This document shows, in pieces, positions 29,099 to 39,558 of a stretch of 64,000 nt of DNA. How positions within the stretch are numbered: the first letter of the stretch is position 1; each line of letters begins with the position of its first letter. Made by a program: the position numbers and the translations under genes. Source of the DNA: an uncultured Gemmatimonadales bacterium. Its GTDB lineage: Bacteria > Gemmatimonadota > Gemmatimonadetes > Gemmatimonadales > Gemmatimonadaceae. Location of the stretch: positions 3,840,001 to 3,904,000 of the forward strand of contig OY969695.1 in assembly GCA_963701965.1 (NCBI GenBank), read 5' to 3'. The notes below the pieces were generated by a model. It did not search any database. It was not told the origin of the DNA and saw nothing but the letters and a program-made list of their open reading frames with translations.

Positions 29099-29147
29099 TA
29101 CCCTCGAAACTAGCCTCCGGCCGGCACTTGGCGCCAGCGGACTGGTC

Positions 29148-29175
29148 TTGACACTGACATTGTAGCCTGTAACTT
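29148..29175 (+). promoter_or_regulatory. Candidate sigma70 promoter
   Basis: TTGACA-N16-TAACTT upstream of the small lipoprotein gene. Confidence 0.55.
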
Positions 29176-29264
29176 CCTGCCGATTCCGAGCATTTTGCAC
29201 AACGGAATGCGGATGCGTGCACGGACCACGCCCATACTTCCGACCCCTGATCAGGAGATTGTAA

Positions 29265-29519
29265 ATGAAGCGTCTGGCCCTTGTCGCTGCCGCACTCACG
29301 ATCGTCGCATGTAAGGCGAAGGACACCAACTCGACGCCCGCTGCCGATAGCACCGCTGCGGCCGCGCCCGCGATGGCGCCTGCGCCGGCGGCCGACACGA
29401 GCATGAAGAAGGACACGTCCATGAAGTCGATGTCCGCCGACACCGGCATGAAGAAAGACACCGCCATGAAGGGCATGGCGATGGACTCGACCAAGAAAAA
29501 GCACAAGCCGAAGAATTGA
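29265..29519 (+). CDS. Small Met/Lys-rich lipoprotein (MxKD-type repeats)
   Basis: AGGAG RBS, lipobox IVAC, DT(S/G/A)MK repeats, own promoter and downstream hairpin. Confidence 0.8.
   Translation: MKRLALVAAALTIVACKAKDTNSTPAADSTAAAAPAMAPAPAADTSMKKDTSMKSMSADTGMKKDTAMKGMAMDSTKKKHKPKN
29391..29480 (+). repeat. Imperfect 45-bp tandem duplication inside the lipoprotein gene
   Basis: gccgacacgagcatgaagaaggacacgtccatgaag... versus gccgacaccggcatgaagaaagacaccgccatgaag... Confidence 0.75.
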
Positions 29520-29544
29520 TGTTCGGCGTGGGACGCGATGTCAC

Positions 29545-29572
29545 GAGGGGCGCGGTATAGACCGCGCCCCTC
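29545..29572. terminator. GC-rich hairpin between convergent genes
   Basis: GAGGGGCGCGGT-ATAG-ACCGCGCCCCTC, a perfect 12-bp stem. Confidence 0.7.
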
Positions 29573-29578
29573 TGTGCA

Positions 29579-30214
29579 TTACACCCAGTCGGATGACGAG
29601 AGCCACGGGGGCGGCGCGTCCGACGGCGACGGACGGTCTTTTCGCAGGACCGCCAGGAGCGCCGACAGGCGCCGCTCAAACTCCTCTTCCGGCAGCACGG
29701 GCTCGACGTCGCGATAATCGGCGCCGTCATCCAGCTCGACCCAGGACACACAACCCGCGTACCGCGGCGCCTCGGGAACGATGACCGGCTTCCGCAGCCG
29801 CTCGACCCGCAGTGTGATGAACTGCGCGCCGGGATCCCGGTAGTAGAACCGCTTCTCGATGGCCTTCCACGAGATCCCCAGCTCGTGCTGCGCCTCCCGG
29901 ATCGTTTCCAAGTTGCGGATGCGCCAGATGATAGCGGGTTGAGCCAGATATTCGAGGCGCACCTGTCCGGGCACGCCGTGCCGCTCCATCGCGGGGCCGA
30001 CGGTCGCCGCGAACCGGGGCGCCACCAGGCCGGTTTGTCCGTGAAAGAGGGTCGGATAGAGCCAGAACCGATCTTCCTTCATCCGGAAGCCGCGGCGCTG
30101 ATCGCGGATACCCCCAGACCGGAGAATGCCAATGATATCGCCGCGGCCCAGTGCGTCGGCGACCACCGCCCATTCCTTGAGCGCGGTGCGCTCGGGCCGG
30201 GGAAAGTCTACCAT
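29579..30214 (-). CDS. DUF1802 family protein
   Basis: ALKEWAVV..ALGRG....LRSGGI, FWLYPTLFH, YAGCVSWVEL. Confidence 0.8.
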   Translation of the reverse strand: MVDFPRPERTALKEWAVVADALGRGDIIGILRSGGIRDQRRGFRMKEDRFWLYPTLFHGQTGLVAPRFAATVGPAMERHGVPGQVRLEYLAQPAIIWRIRNLETIREAQHELGISWKAIEKRFYYRDPGAQFITLRVERLRKPVIVPEAPRYAGCVSWVELDDGADYRDVEPVLPEEEFERRLSALLAVLRKDRPSPSDAPPPWLSSSDWV

Positions 30215-31224
30215 GCCTCGGGAAACGGTAAGGTCGTGACCGTGGCGTCCGTCTCGCCGGATTCCCACCGCGCCGACACGCTCGTGCCGGGGGCGATCTC
30301 CCGCCGCACGATGGCCAACGCAATGTCGCCGAGCCGCGGACTGCGCACGGCGGATCGCACATCCCCGACTTCCTTGCCGGCGGCGTTCACCAGCGGCGCC
30401 CGCATTGGCGGCAGCGCGCCCAGTTTGAGCCCGCGCAGGTGCCGATTCACGTGCCCGCGAAAATGGATGCGGGCCACGGTCTCCTGGCCGGTGTAGCAGC
30501 CCTTCGTGTAGGAGATCGCGCCCAGCTCGTCCAGGTTCGCTTCCTGGGGGATGGTGGTCTCGTCGATGTCGATGCCCCACTCGAGCCGCCCGGCCTCGAC
30601 GCGGACGATTTCCCAGGTGGCCTGGGAGCACGCCACCGCACCCGCCGCGATGAGCCGCCGCCACAGACTGTCGCGGGTGTCGGCATTGGCGATCAGCTCG
30701 AATCCCTCGCCATCGGGCGAGGGGACCCGTAGCGCGATGACGTCCTGGGCAGTGATGTGCCCATACGCCGGCAACGCCTGCACGGTCTGGGGATCGGCCG
30801 CCAGCGCCGCGGCAACCACCTGCGCGCCTCGCACGCCCAGCACGCCAATGGCGCACGTCGCGGGCGTTTCGTCCGCGTACGGCGTCGACCGCGGATTCAC
30901 GTACTTGCGGACCACGTCGGCGAATCCGGGGGCGGCGAGCGCCGGGACATCGACCAGCAGCGAGTCGGCGAACCGCAGAATGCGCACGTCGGCGACGATC
31001 TTGCCTTTGGGCGTCAGCACGGCCGCGTACTGACCCTGGCCCGGGACCAGCGCCAGCACATCGTTGGTCACCAGCCCGGTCAGCGTATCCGCGGCCCGCG
31101 CGCCGCGAAATCGCCACCGCGCCCGCCCGGGTCGATCGATCGCCGCCGCGCCCGCGCGAATCGCCGCGTATTCGCCGGCGGGATCGCCATGCAGAAAGCC
31201 GGACTCGACGCCCACCGAGGTCAT
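30208..31224 (-). CDS. ygfZ: YgfZ/GcvT-like folate-binding protein
   Basis: Signature KGCYTGQE, LTPKGK, RVEAG, IPQEA. Confidence 0.85.
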   Translation of the reverse strand: MTSVGVESGFLHGDPAGEYAAIRAGAAAIDRPGRARWRFRGARAADTLTGLVTNDVLALVPGQGQYAAVLTPKGKIVADVRILRFADSLLVDVPALAAPGFADVVRKYVNPRSTPYADETPATCAIGVLGVRGAQVVAAALAADPQTVQALPAYGHITAQDVIALRVPSPDGEGFELIANADTRDSLWRRLIAAGAVACSQATWEIVRVEAGRLEWGIDIDETTIPQEANLDELGAISYTKGCYTGQETVARIHFRGHVNRHLRGLKLGALPPMRAPLVNAAGKEVGDVRSAVRSPRLGDIALAIVRREIAPGTSVSARWESGETDATVTTLPFPEAW

Positions 31225-31228
31225 GATC

Positions 31229-32501
31229 TCAAGTAAACCGGTCGCCGCGAGCGGCGTAAGAGGCGTCGAGGAGCTCGACCGGATGGACCGCGTGCACGGG
31301 CGCGCCCGTGCGCCGCAGGCCCCCGCCAATCTGCATGAGACACCCCGGATTGCCCGTCGCGACCCACGCCGCGCCTGATTCGGCGATACGCTGGAGCTTG
31401 GGCGCCAGCACGCGTCCGGCGAGCGCGGGCTCCAGGAGGTTGTAGATGCCGGCGCTGCCACAGCACTGGTCGGCATCGCCGAGGGGCACCAACGCGATAC
31501 CCGGGATCGCGCGCAGCAGCGCCAGAGGCGCGTCGGTCACGCGCTGCGCATGATGCAGAATGACAGGGCGCGTCGTACGTCACAGTGCCCGCGAGCGGGC
31601 CGCCCGATTTCGGACCCGCGGCGGCGAGCAGTTCGCTCACATCGCGCGCCCGCGACGCGACGGCCTCGGCGCGGGCGGCCCATGCCGGATCGTCGGCCAG
31701 CAAATGTCCGTACTCCTTCACCATGGCGCCGCACCCCGCGGCATTGATGGCGATCCAATCGGCGCCAGCGCGCTCGAACGCCGCGACGTTCACGCGGGCC
31801 AGCGCCGCGGCCGTCCGCAGATCGCCGGCGTGGGCGTGCAGGGCGCCGCAGCAGCGCTGCCCGGCGGCGGGCACGACGCGATAGTCGTTGACGGTCAGCG
31901 TCCGCGCGGTAGCGTCGTTCGTGTCTTTGAACAGGCCATGCATGACACATCCGCGCAGCACCGCTACGGTGCCGCGCGATCCGTCGATTGGAACAGTGTA
32001 GCGTTTACGCGGCAGTGGTGATTGCGTGGCCGCCAGCATGGCGCACGCGCCGCCCAGTGGGCCGGGCAGGCGCGCCAGCGCCGCCGGCAGGCCCGTCGCG
32101 CGCAGCGCGCGCGCCAACCACAGCACGGGGGCCAACAGCCACCGCGTCGCGAAGATGCGCAGGACGATGCGCCCAATCACGGGCACGGGCCGCACCGGCG
32201 CCAGCGTGGCGCGCGTCGCCTCCAACAGCTCACCGTAGGGCACACCGGACGGACACGCGGTCTCGCACGCCCGGCAGCCCAGGCACCGATCGATGTGCGT
32301 GCCAACCGACGGGTCGGTCACGTCGAGCGTGCCCTCGACCAGGGCCCGCATGAGCACGATCCGCCCGCGCGGGCTGTCATTCTCATCGCCGAGCGCGAGA
32401 TACGTCGGGCACGCTTGGAGGCAAAAGCCGCAGTGCACACAGGCATCCAGCCCATGCTTGGCCATGGCCAGCGGCGACTCGTCGATCGTCACGTGCCGCA
32501 T
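31229..32501 (-). pseudogene. glcF: Glycolate oxidase Fe-S subunit, frameshifted (+1 at about 31560; may be a sequencing error)
   Basis: CVHCGFCLQAC, CLGCRACETACP and CCGA lie in one frame up to YDAPCH. The sequence continues LHHAQ...CCGSAGIYN...NPGCLMQI in another frame. Span is 3n+1. Confidence 0.85.
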
Positions 32502-33604
32502 ATCCCGGGGTTGAGCACGCGGCCGGGGTCGAACACGGCCCGGAGATCGCGCCCGAGCCGGTCACGCACCCGCTGCTCAGGCGTCACCCGCGACGCCAGT
32601 GCGGTCCAAGCCGCCGCCGGCAACCGCTCGCCGATCAGCGTTCCACTCGCGTTGAAGGCCGGCAGCCCGTCCCCGGACATTGCGATGGCGCGCACGACCC
32701 CGCGTCCCGGCGTGGCGTGCACCATCCCGCCCGGGCGGTTCACGATGTCCCACAGCGCGCCCAGTTGGGTGGGCAGATCCGAGAGCCGGTAGACCACGGG
32801 GCTGTTGGCGTCGGCGGCGCGCAGCGCCCGCCACGTGTCGGTCGGCACCGCGAGCCCGTCGGCCACGCGCTCCCGCTGCGCGACGACCGATCGCGCGGTG
32901 CCGGCGAGTCGCACGAGCACGGCCCCGGCCGGCGTGTCGAGACCCAGGCGCCGCGCCAACGCCGCATTGACGACTTCGAGCGCGATCGGCGCGATCGGGG
33001 CGGCGGCGAGCCGCTCGAGGGCGGCGCGCACGGCATCGCCCGTCGCCTCCAGCGGGATCGCGACGGTCGTGTCGACCTCGGGGCGCGCATGCAACCGCAC
33101 CGTGACCTCGGTGATGACGCCGAGCGTGCCCCACGCCCCGGTATGGAGCCGCGTCAAGTCGAACCCGGCGACGTTTTTCACGACCTGGCCGCCGCCACGC
33201 ACGACGGCGCCGGTCCCCGTGACGACCTCCACGCCCAGTACGAGATCGCGGGGCCGGCCGTAGGCGTGAGACAGCGGCCCGCAGGCGGCACAGGCCACCG
33301 TGGCGCCGATCGTCCCGGCATCACTCCCATGGGGATCGAGCGCCAGCCACTGCCCCTCAGCCGCCGTTGCCGTCGCGATCTCGCCCAGCGTCGTCCCCGC
33401 GCGCGCGGTCAGCGTCAGATCGCCGGGCGTATACGCCACGATGCCGCGCCATCCGGCGAGATCGACGACGCGTTCGGCGTCGACCGGTCGCCCCGCGTCG
33501 AGCCACGTGCCCGCGCCCGCGATACGGAGGGGCGCGCCCTCGCGCACGACCTCGCACAGCTCGCGCAGGTCGGCGATCGCCGCCAGGCCGCCCTCAACGC
33601 TCAC
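32489..33604 (-). CDS. glcE: Glycolate oxidase FAD-binding subunit
   Basis: YTPGDLTLTARAGT, GGQVVKNVAGFDL, GAWGTLGVI, FDPGRVLNPG. GTG start at 33604. Confidence 0.85.
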   Translation of the reverse strand: MSVEGGLAAIADLRELCEVVREGAPLRIAGAGTWLDAGRPVDAERVVDLAGWRGIVAYTPGDLTLTARAGTTLGEIATATAAEGQWLALDPHGSDAGTIGATVACAACGPLSHAYGRPRDLVLGVEVVTGTGAVVRGGGQVVKNVAGFDLTRLHTGAWGTLGVITEVTVRLHARPEVDTTVAIPLEATGDAVRAALERLAAAPIAPIALEVVNAALARRLGLDTPAGAVLVRLAGTARSVVAQRERVADGLAVPTDTWRALRAADANSPVVYRLSDLPTQLGALWDIVNRPGGMVHATPGRGVVRAIAMSGDGLPAFNASGTLIGERLPAAAWTALASRVTPEQRVRDRLGRDLRAVFDPGRVLNPGICGT

Positions 33605-35007
33605 GGCAATACCGCACCGGAACAACCTTCCCGGGATTCGCCCGCCGGCCGGGATCGAACACGCCGCGCAACGCGCACTGCGCGGCGAGCGAGGCCTCGG
33701 AGAAGATCGACTCCATGTACTCGAGCTTGTCGAGGCCGACCCCATGCTCCCCGGTAATCGTGCCCCCGGCTTCGACACACACCCTCATGATCTCGCGCAT
33801 CGCCAGCTGCACGCGCGCGGTTTCGTCCGGATCCGCTCCGTGATACGGAATGTTGGGGTGCAGATTGCCGTCGCCGGCGTGAAACACGTTGCAGACGGTG
33901 ACGCGGTGCCGCGTCCCGATCTCCCGGATCGCCGCCAGCACGCGCGGCAAAGCCGTGCGCGGCACCACGGCGTCCTGCACCACGAGGTGCGAGCCGACGC
34001 GACCCATGGCGCCGAACGCTTTCTTGCGCCCCTGCCACAAGCGCGCCCGCTCGGCGGGGTCGGACGCGATGCGCACGGTGCGCGCCCCGTGCGCGGCGCA
34101 GACGGCGCGGACGGTCTCGGCGTCCTCGTCCAGTCCCACGGCGAGTCCGTCCAGCTCCGCCAGCAGAGATGGCATCGGCGTCGACGGGATAGCCGGCGGC
34201 ATAGATCGACGCCTCGACCGCGCGAATCGTCGGGCCGTCCATCATCTCCAGGGCGGCCGGCACGATGCCCGACGCAATGATCGCCAATGTGGCCCGCGCC
34301 GCGTCGTCGAGCGACAGAAAATCGGCCAACAGCGTGCGTACGGCTGGCGGGTCGGGGGTGAGCCGCACGGTCACATCCAACGCGACGCCGAAGCAGCCCT
34401 CCGACCCGACGAACGCGCCGAGGAGATCGTACCCATCGCTTTCACCGGCGGCGTTTCCCAGCGTCACGATCTCGCCGTCCGGCAACACGACCGTCAGGGC
34501 GAGGACGTGATTGAGCGTCACACCGTACTTGAGGCAGTGCGGCCCGCCCGCGTTTTCGGCCACGTTGCCGCCGATCGTGCAGGCGGCCTGACTCGATGGG
34601 TCAGGCGCGTAGTGCAGGCCGAACGGGGCCGCCGCGCGCGACAACGACGCGTTCACCACGCCCGGCTCGACGACGGCCCGCCGGTTGGGCGCGTCGATCG
34701 ACACGATGCGGGTCAGACGATTGAGCCCCAGCAGCACGACGCCGTTGGCCAAGGCGCCGCCGGACAGTCCCGTCCCCGCGCCGCGCGGGACGTACGGCAC
34801 CTGGGCGGCGGCCAGCGCGCGGACGACGGCGATGACGTCGGCGCGCGTCTCGGGGAACACGGCCAGCGAGGGCTGCTGGCGATAGCCGGGCAGACCATCG
34901 GACGTGTAGACGAGGAGCTCCGCCGGGCGCCGGCGGATCCCCCGGTCGCCGACGATGGAGACCAGCGTGTCGTACAGCGCCTGCTCAGGCGCTGGGGTGC
35001 GGCCCAT
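33594..35007 (-). pseudogene. glcD: Glycolate oxidase subunit D, frameshifted (+1 at about 34167; may be a sequencing error)
   Basis: RGAGTGLSGG, YAPDPSS, ENAGGPHCLKYG and GSEG in frame 1; HAGDGNLH, GEHGVG and NPGK in frame 2. Span is 3n+1. Confidence 0.85.
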
Positions 35008-35650
35008 GCCCGTTGGATTTCGCCCGCACGTGCACGGTCGCCCGACGCTCCAGCGAGTCGACGGCCGGCGACAGCAGCAGCTCAATGTCGCGGAGTCGCT
35101 CGCCGGGCGAGCGGGAGGCCAGCAAGCGTTGTCGCGCCGGCGCGTCCATGTCGATGAGCGCCGCCACCGCGAACGCCAGCAGCGCGGCGTCATCGGGCAG
35201 CGCGGGCAACGCGTCCGGATCGTCGGCCAGCGTGCGCGCGGCGGTCCCGACGCGCTCGAACAGCTCGCGCACGCGGGCGGCGCCCGGCGCCAGCGTCAAC
35301 GGCGGCTCGTCGGCATCGACGTAGGTGGATGCCTCGGCCACGTGGTACGGGCGCGGGCTCTCCACGTACCGGTCCAGCGTGAAGCGCTCACCGCCTCGCA
35401 CCAGGACATTGGAACGGCCATCGGGCAGGAGCTCCGTGCTCTCGACCAACGCGATGCATCCGACGTGTCCGGCCGGCAGATCGCGCTCGGCCACGCCGTC
35501 GGGTCGGAACACAATGCCAAACTCGCGGTCGCCTTCCAGGCAGTCGGCGAGCATCACCCGGTACCGCGGCTCGAAAATGTGGAGCGGCAGCGGCGCGCCC
35601 GGAAACAAGACCAGCGGGAGCGGAAACAGCGGGAGCCGGCGCATGGTCAC
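34985..35650 (-). CDS. LON peptidase substrate-binding (Lon-N) domain protein
   Basis: LPLFPLPLVLFPGAPLPLHIFEPRYR, LPDGRSN. Confidence 0.88.
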   Translation of the reverse strand: MTMRRLPLFPLPLVLFPGAPLPLHIFEPRYRVMLADCLEGDREFGIVFRPDGVAERDLPAGHVGCIALVESTELLPDGRSNVLVRGGERFTLDRYVESPRPYHVAEASTYVDADEPPLTLAPGAARVRELFERVGTAARTLADDPDALPALPDDAALLAFAVAALIDMDAPARQRLLASRSPGERLRDIELLLSPAVDSLERRATVHVRAKSNGHGPHPSA

Positions 35651-35666
35651 CCCCCAAATCTACTGC

Positions 35667-38600
35667 TCACGTCGCCGAAACCGGTAATGAGACGGTCGCC
35701 TTGCGTTCGAGCTTTCCCCACCCGACGACCCGACCTTGGACGGCCGCCTTGAATGAGCGTACGACGACCCAGTACATGAGCTGCCGATACACGAATCGCT
35801 GGATGAAGATGAGCCAGGTGAGCGCCTTGTCCTCGCCCGGCTCCATCAAGAACGCGATCATCGCCCCGAGCCAATCCGCCAACAGGAATACCGCGTAATA
35901 CGTGAGCACCTGCTCGAGACTGGTCAATGCATAGGTCGCGCCGTGTGCATACCGCGTCTGCGCGATCGACACGAGGCTCCAGACGAACATGAGGTCGGCG
36001 AGCGGGGAGAGCGCGGGAAGCAGGAGCTGAAAGAGCCAGACGTTGGGGAGCGCGGCCCAGCCGAGTGAGCCGTAGCGCCACCGGAAGAGCGTGTCGCGGT
36101 GCTTCCAGGCGCATTGCAAGGTGCCGAACGACCAGCGGAATCGTTGGCGCGTCAGCGTCTTGAGGGTGTCCGGCGCTTCGGTGTATCCGATCGCGCCGTC
36201 GGCGTACGCGATGGAGCTGCCCGTGCGCCGGATCCGCAGCGTCAGATCCTGGTCCTCGGCCAACGTGTCATTCTGGAACCCACCGACTTCCTGTACCAGG
36301 GAGCGGCGCCAGGCGCCGACCGCTCCGGGCACCACGGTGATGCCGTTGAGCAACGAGAACGCGCGCCGGTCGAGGTTCTGGCTGGTGACGTACTCCAGCG
36401 CCTGCCAGCGGGTGATGAGGTTGACCCGATTGCCGACTTTGGCATTTCCGGCCACGGCGCCGACGGCGGGATCGGCGAGCGGCTGCACCAGCTCGGCCAC
36501 CGTGTCCGGCGCGAAGAGCGTGTCGGCGTCGAGGCCGATCACGATGTCGTGCGTGGCGCGCTCCAGGCCGTAGTTGAGCGCGCTGGCCTTGCCGCCGTTC
36601 TCCTTCCGAAAGACCCGCACGTTGGGCGCGGCCACGAACGCGTCGCGCGCGATCCGGTACGTGCCATCGGCCGAGCCATCGTCGACGACGATGACCTCGA
36701 CCGGGCCGCGGTACTCCTGGGCCAGGAGACTCTCGATGGTGCCCAAAATCACTTTGCCTTCGTTGAAGGCGGGGACGATCACGCTGACGCCCGGCGCGAA
36801 CGGCACCGGCGCGCCGCGTTCCTGGTGGGCGCGCAGGCGTTGCAGGATCGCCAACACGCCGATGATGCAGAGGCGCGCCAGTCCCAGGACCACGGCCACC
36901 ATGAAGACCCAGTACAAGACCGTCTCGATGACGCCGTACACGCCGAGCCCGATCAGGCTCAATTTGCGCGTCGCTTCATCGACGGGCGGCAGCGGGGGCA
37001 TGGCTTCGGAACGCGGGATCCCGACGAGCTCGGAGACCAACACCAGCGTGTCGCCACGGGCCCGCAGCGAATCAATGATCGGCCCCAGCGCGGCCACGGT
37101 CCGCGTGCGGTCGCCACCGCCGTCATGCAGCAGCACAATGTTGCCGCTGTCGCGCGCCGCGATCACGTTGTGCACGATCTGCTTGACGGTGATGGGCGTC
37201 CAGTCTTCGGCGTCGTCGCGCAGCCCGATCGTGAGGTAGCGTTTGCGCGTGGCGATCGCCACGGCGTCCAGCTCGTCGTTCGTGGTCGGTGTCGCATCCC
37301 CGAAGTACGGCGGCCGGAAGAAGGCGGTCCCATGGTCCAGCACCAACTGGATGATGTGTTCGTTGAGGTCAATCTCGACCGCGGTGCGCCGGGGTCCCAC
37401 CAGGGCCAGGTTGGGGTGCGTCATCGTGTGGTTGCCGATCTCGTGTCCCTCGCGGTACTCGCGCCGGAGCAGCGGGATGTGCGGCAGGATGTTGTCGCCG
37501 ATCACGAAGAACGTCGCCGGCGCGTGATACGCCAGCAACGTGTCGAGGAGGAGCGGCGTCCACGTTCCGTCCGGCCCGTCGTCGAAGGTCAAGGCCACCC
37601 GGTGCTCCGAGTACCCGTAGCGATCGACGACGTAAGGGTGGGGATAGACGGAAATCGAGTCGGCCGTCACCATCCCGGAGCGGGCGTCGACGCGCAGCGT
37701 CCGTTCGCCGGACGTGGGCTGTTGCTGGATGTGCAGGATCTCGCCACCGTTTTCATGGGGCGCCAGCGAGTCTTCGATGAACTCGACGTCGTAGCCCGAG
37801 GGCACATCGCGGAGACTGTCCGGCGGGGCGTACAGGCCCTGGCGCCCCAGGACGTTCCACAGCGACGGATCCTCTTCGCCCAGCCGCCAGAATGCCCGTG
37901 CCCGCGGCCCCCAACTGCTGGCCGATCCGCAGCTGGTTGAAGGCGGTCGCCCCGTCGAGGTACCAGATCACGTGGTCCGTCGAGTCGGGTTCGGTCCACT
38001 CCACGTAGGGGTTGAGCGAGACCGAGTCGAAGTGCGTCGTCACGTGGTTGATGCGCGCCGCCGCCATCACCTGCTGAAACGTCACGACTTCGCCGGAGTG
38101 CGTGGTGTCCGGGTCGTCGTTCCAGTCGTATCCGTAGTTGCCGATCATGAGCAGCGTCTTGGCCGGCGGCACCACCGAGAGGATGGCGCGCGCGCGCTGC
38201 TCGTAGAACGACTGGCTGGCGATGGGCCCCGGGTCGCCGCGCCCGAAATGCTCATCGAACAACATCGCGAAGAGGTAGTCGTCCACGGCGGCGAGTCGCC
38301 GCAGCAGTTTGGGCTCGGCCTCGGCATGTACGGTCTGCGTGACGAGGCGCTTGTAGGGCGCCAGCGCGGCGTGCATCTCGCTCGTGAACTTGACGAGGGA
38401 GTCCTGCAGCTTCTCGGGAACGTCCTCGAAGTCGATCGTCACGCCGGCCAGCGAGTCTTCGAGGACCACGTTGCGGAGCTGGTTGATGACCCGCGCGCGC
38501 GCCGCGGCGTTGGACAGCATCGCGCGGACGGCGGGCACGCTGAAACCGCGCGTCGCGCTGTCGAAGTTGCTCACCTGAATGAAGAACGCCGGTGGCGCCT

Positions 38601-39108
38601 GGGCCCGGATCTGGCGCGCGATGTCGAAGACCCGGCGGTCGACCGTCAACCGCACGGAGTCGCCGCCGTGCGACAGAAACGACCACTCGCCCACGACCCA
38701 ATCCAAGCTGTTGATGTGCTTGTTGAGCGAGGCCCGTGAGTTGTCGGTCCAATTCACGTAGAAGCCGACGACGATCGGGTCGTCCGGGCCGCGCGGGCGG
38801 GCGTTGAGCCGGCCGCCGCCGGCGGGGATCAAGGACGCCTTGCGCGCCGGTGGCGCGCGGCGAAAGACCTGGGCCAGGCGATGCCGGAACGCGTTGCGTT
38901 CGCGCTGCCCCGGCGTGACGGGGAAGGGCTCGATGTGCTCGACCTTGAGCGCGGGTGCGATCGGGGGCGTCAAGATCCCGATGGCGAAGATGAGCCCGAT
39001 GACGGTCGCGATCGCGCCGATCATGATCCAAAAGCGCCGCCAGCCGCGCGCCCGGCGGCCGTAGGGGTCGAGAAAGACGGGCTTAACAGAACCGGAATCG
39101 GGCATCAT
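35667..39108 (-). pseudogene. GH18 - polysaccharide deacetylase - GT2 fusion, frameshifted (+1 at about 37891; may be a sequencing error)
   Basis: GH18 GVTIDFE. Removing one base restores GIWRLGEEDPSLW and joins NodB (TFDDGP, HTMTH, RPPY) and GT2 (DDGS, DAD, AED, QRFRW). Span is 3n+1. Confidence 0.85.
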
Positions 39109-39153
39109 CGCGCCCGAAAGATGAGGGGGGTGGCGTATTACGCCACAAGATCT

Positions 39154-39549
39154 CTACGCGAGTGGCACCCGGCTCCGCATCAGTGCGCGGAGGGCCGCCA
39201 ACTCGAACGGCTTTTGTAGGACGGGGCACGCCGTGCGCCGGACGAAGTCGGCGGCATCGGTCGACACGACGTCGCCGGTCGCCACCACGAGGCGGGACAG
39301 CAGAGCCGGCCGTGACAGCCGGAGATACTCGTGGAGCTCGACGCCCGAGCACCCGGGCATGCGGAGATCGCAGATGATGAGATCGAACTCGGCCGCGGGG
39401 GTGCCGACATCCTTCGTCCCGCGACCCACGAGACGGTCGATGGCCGCCCGGCCATCATCGGCCAGCTCGACCTCCCACCCTTCGCGCTCGAAGAACCGCT
39501 GGAGCGCGAGCCGAATGGAACGCTCGTCGTCAACTACCAGAGCACGCAC
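39154..39549 (-). CDS. Single-domain response regulator
   Basis: LVVDDE, DLIICDLRMP, LQKPF. Confidence 0.85.
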   Translation of the reverse strand: MRALVVDDERSIRLALQRFFEREGWEVELADDGRAAIDRLVGRGTKDVGTPAAEFDLIICDLRMPGCSGVELHEYLRLSRPALLSRLVVATGDVVSTDAADFVRRTACPVLQKPFELAALRALMRSRVPLA

Positions 39550-39558
39550 CGCGTCCGC

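Noticed and set aside
29099..29150. GCCTCCGGCC...AGCGG resembling part of a c-di-GMP-I riboswitch
   Set aside because: It lacks the GGCAAAC element and the GNRA-capped stem, and it lies upstream of the predicted promoter.
29099..29506. 824-aa version of the molybdopterin oxidoreductase
   Set aside because: The extension is the antisense of the lipoprotein gene. The family-typical N-terminus starts at 29098.
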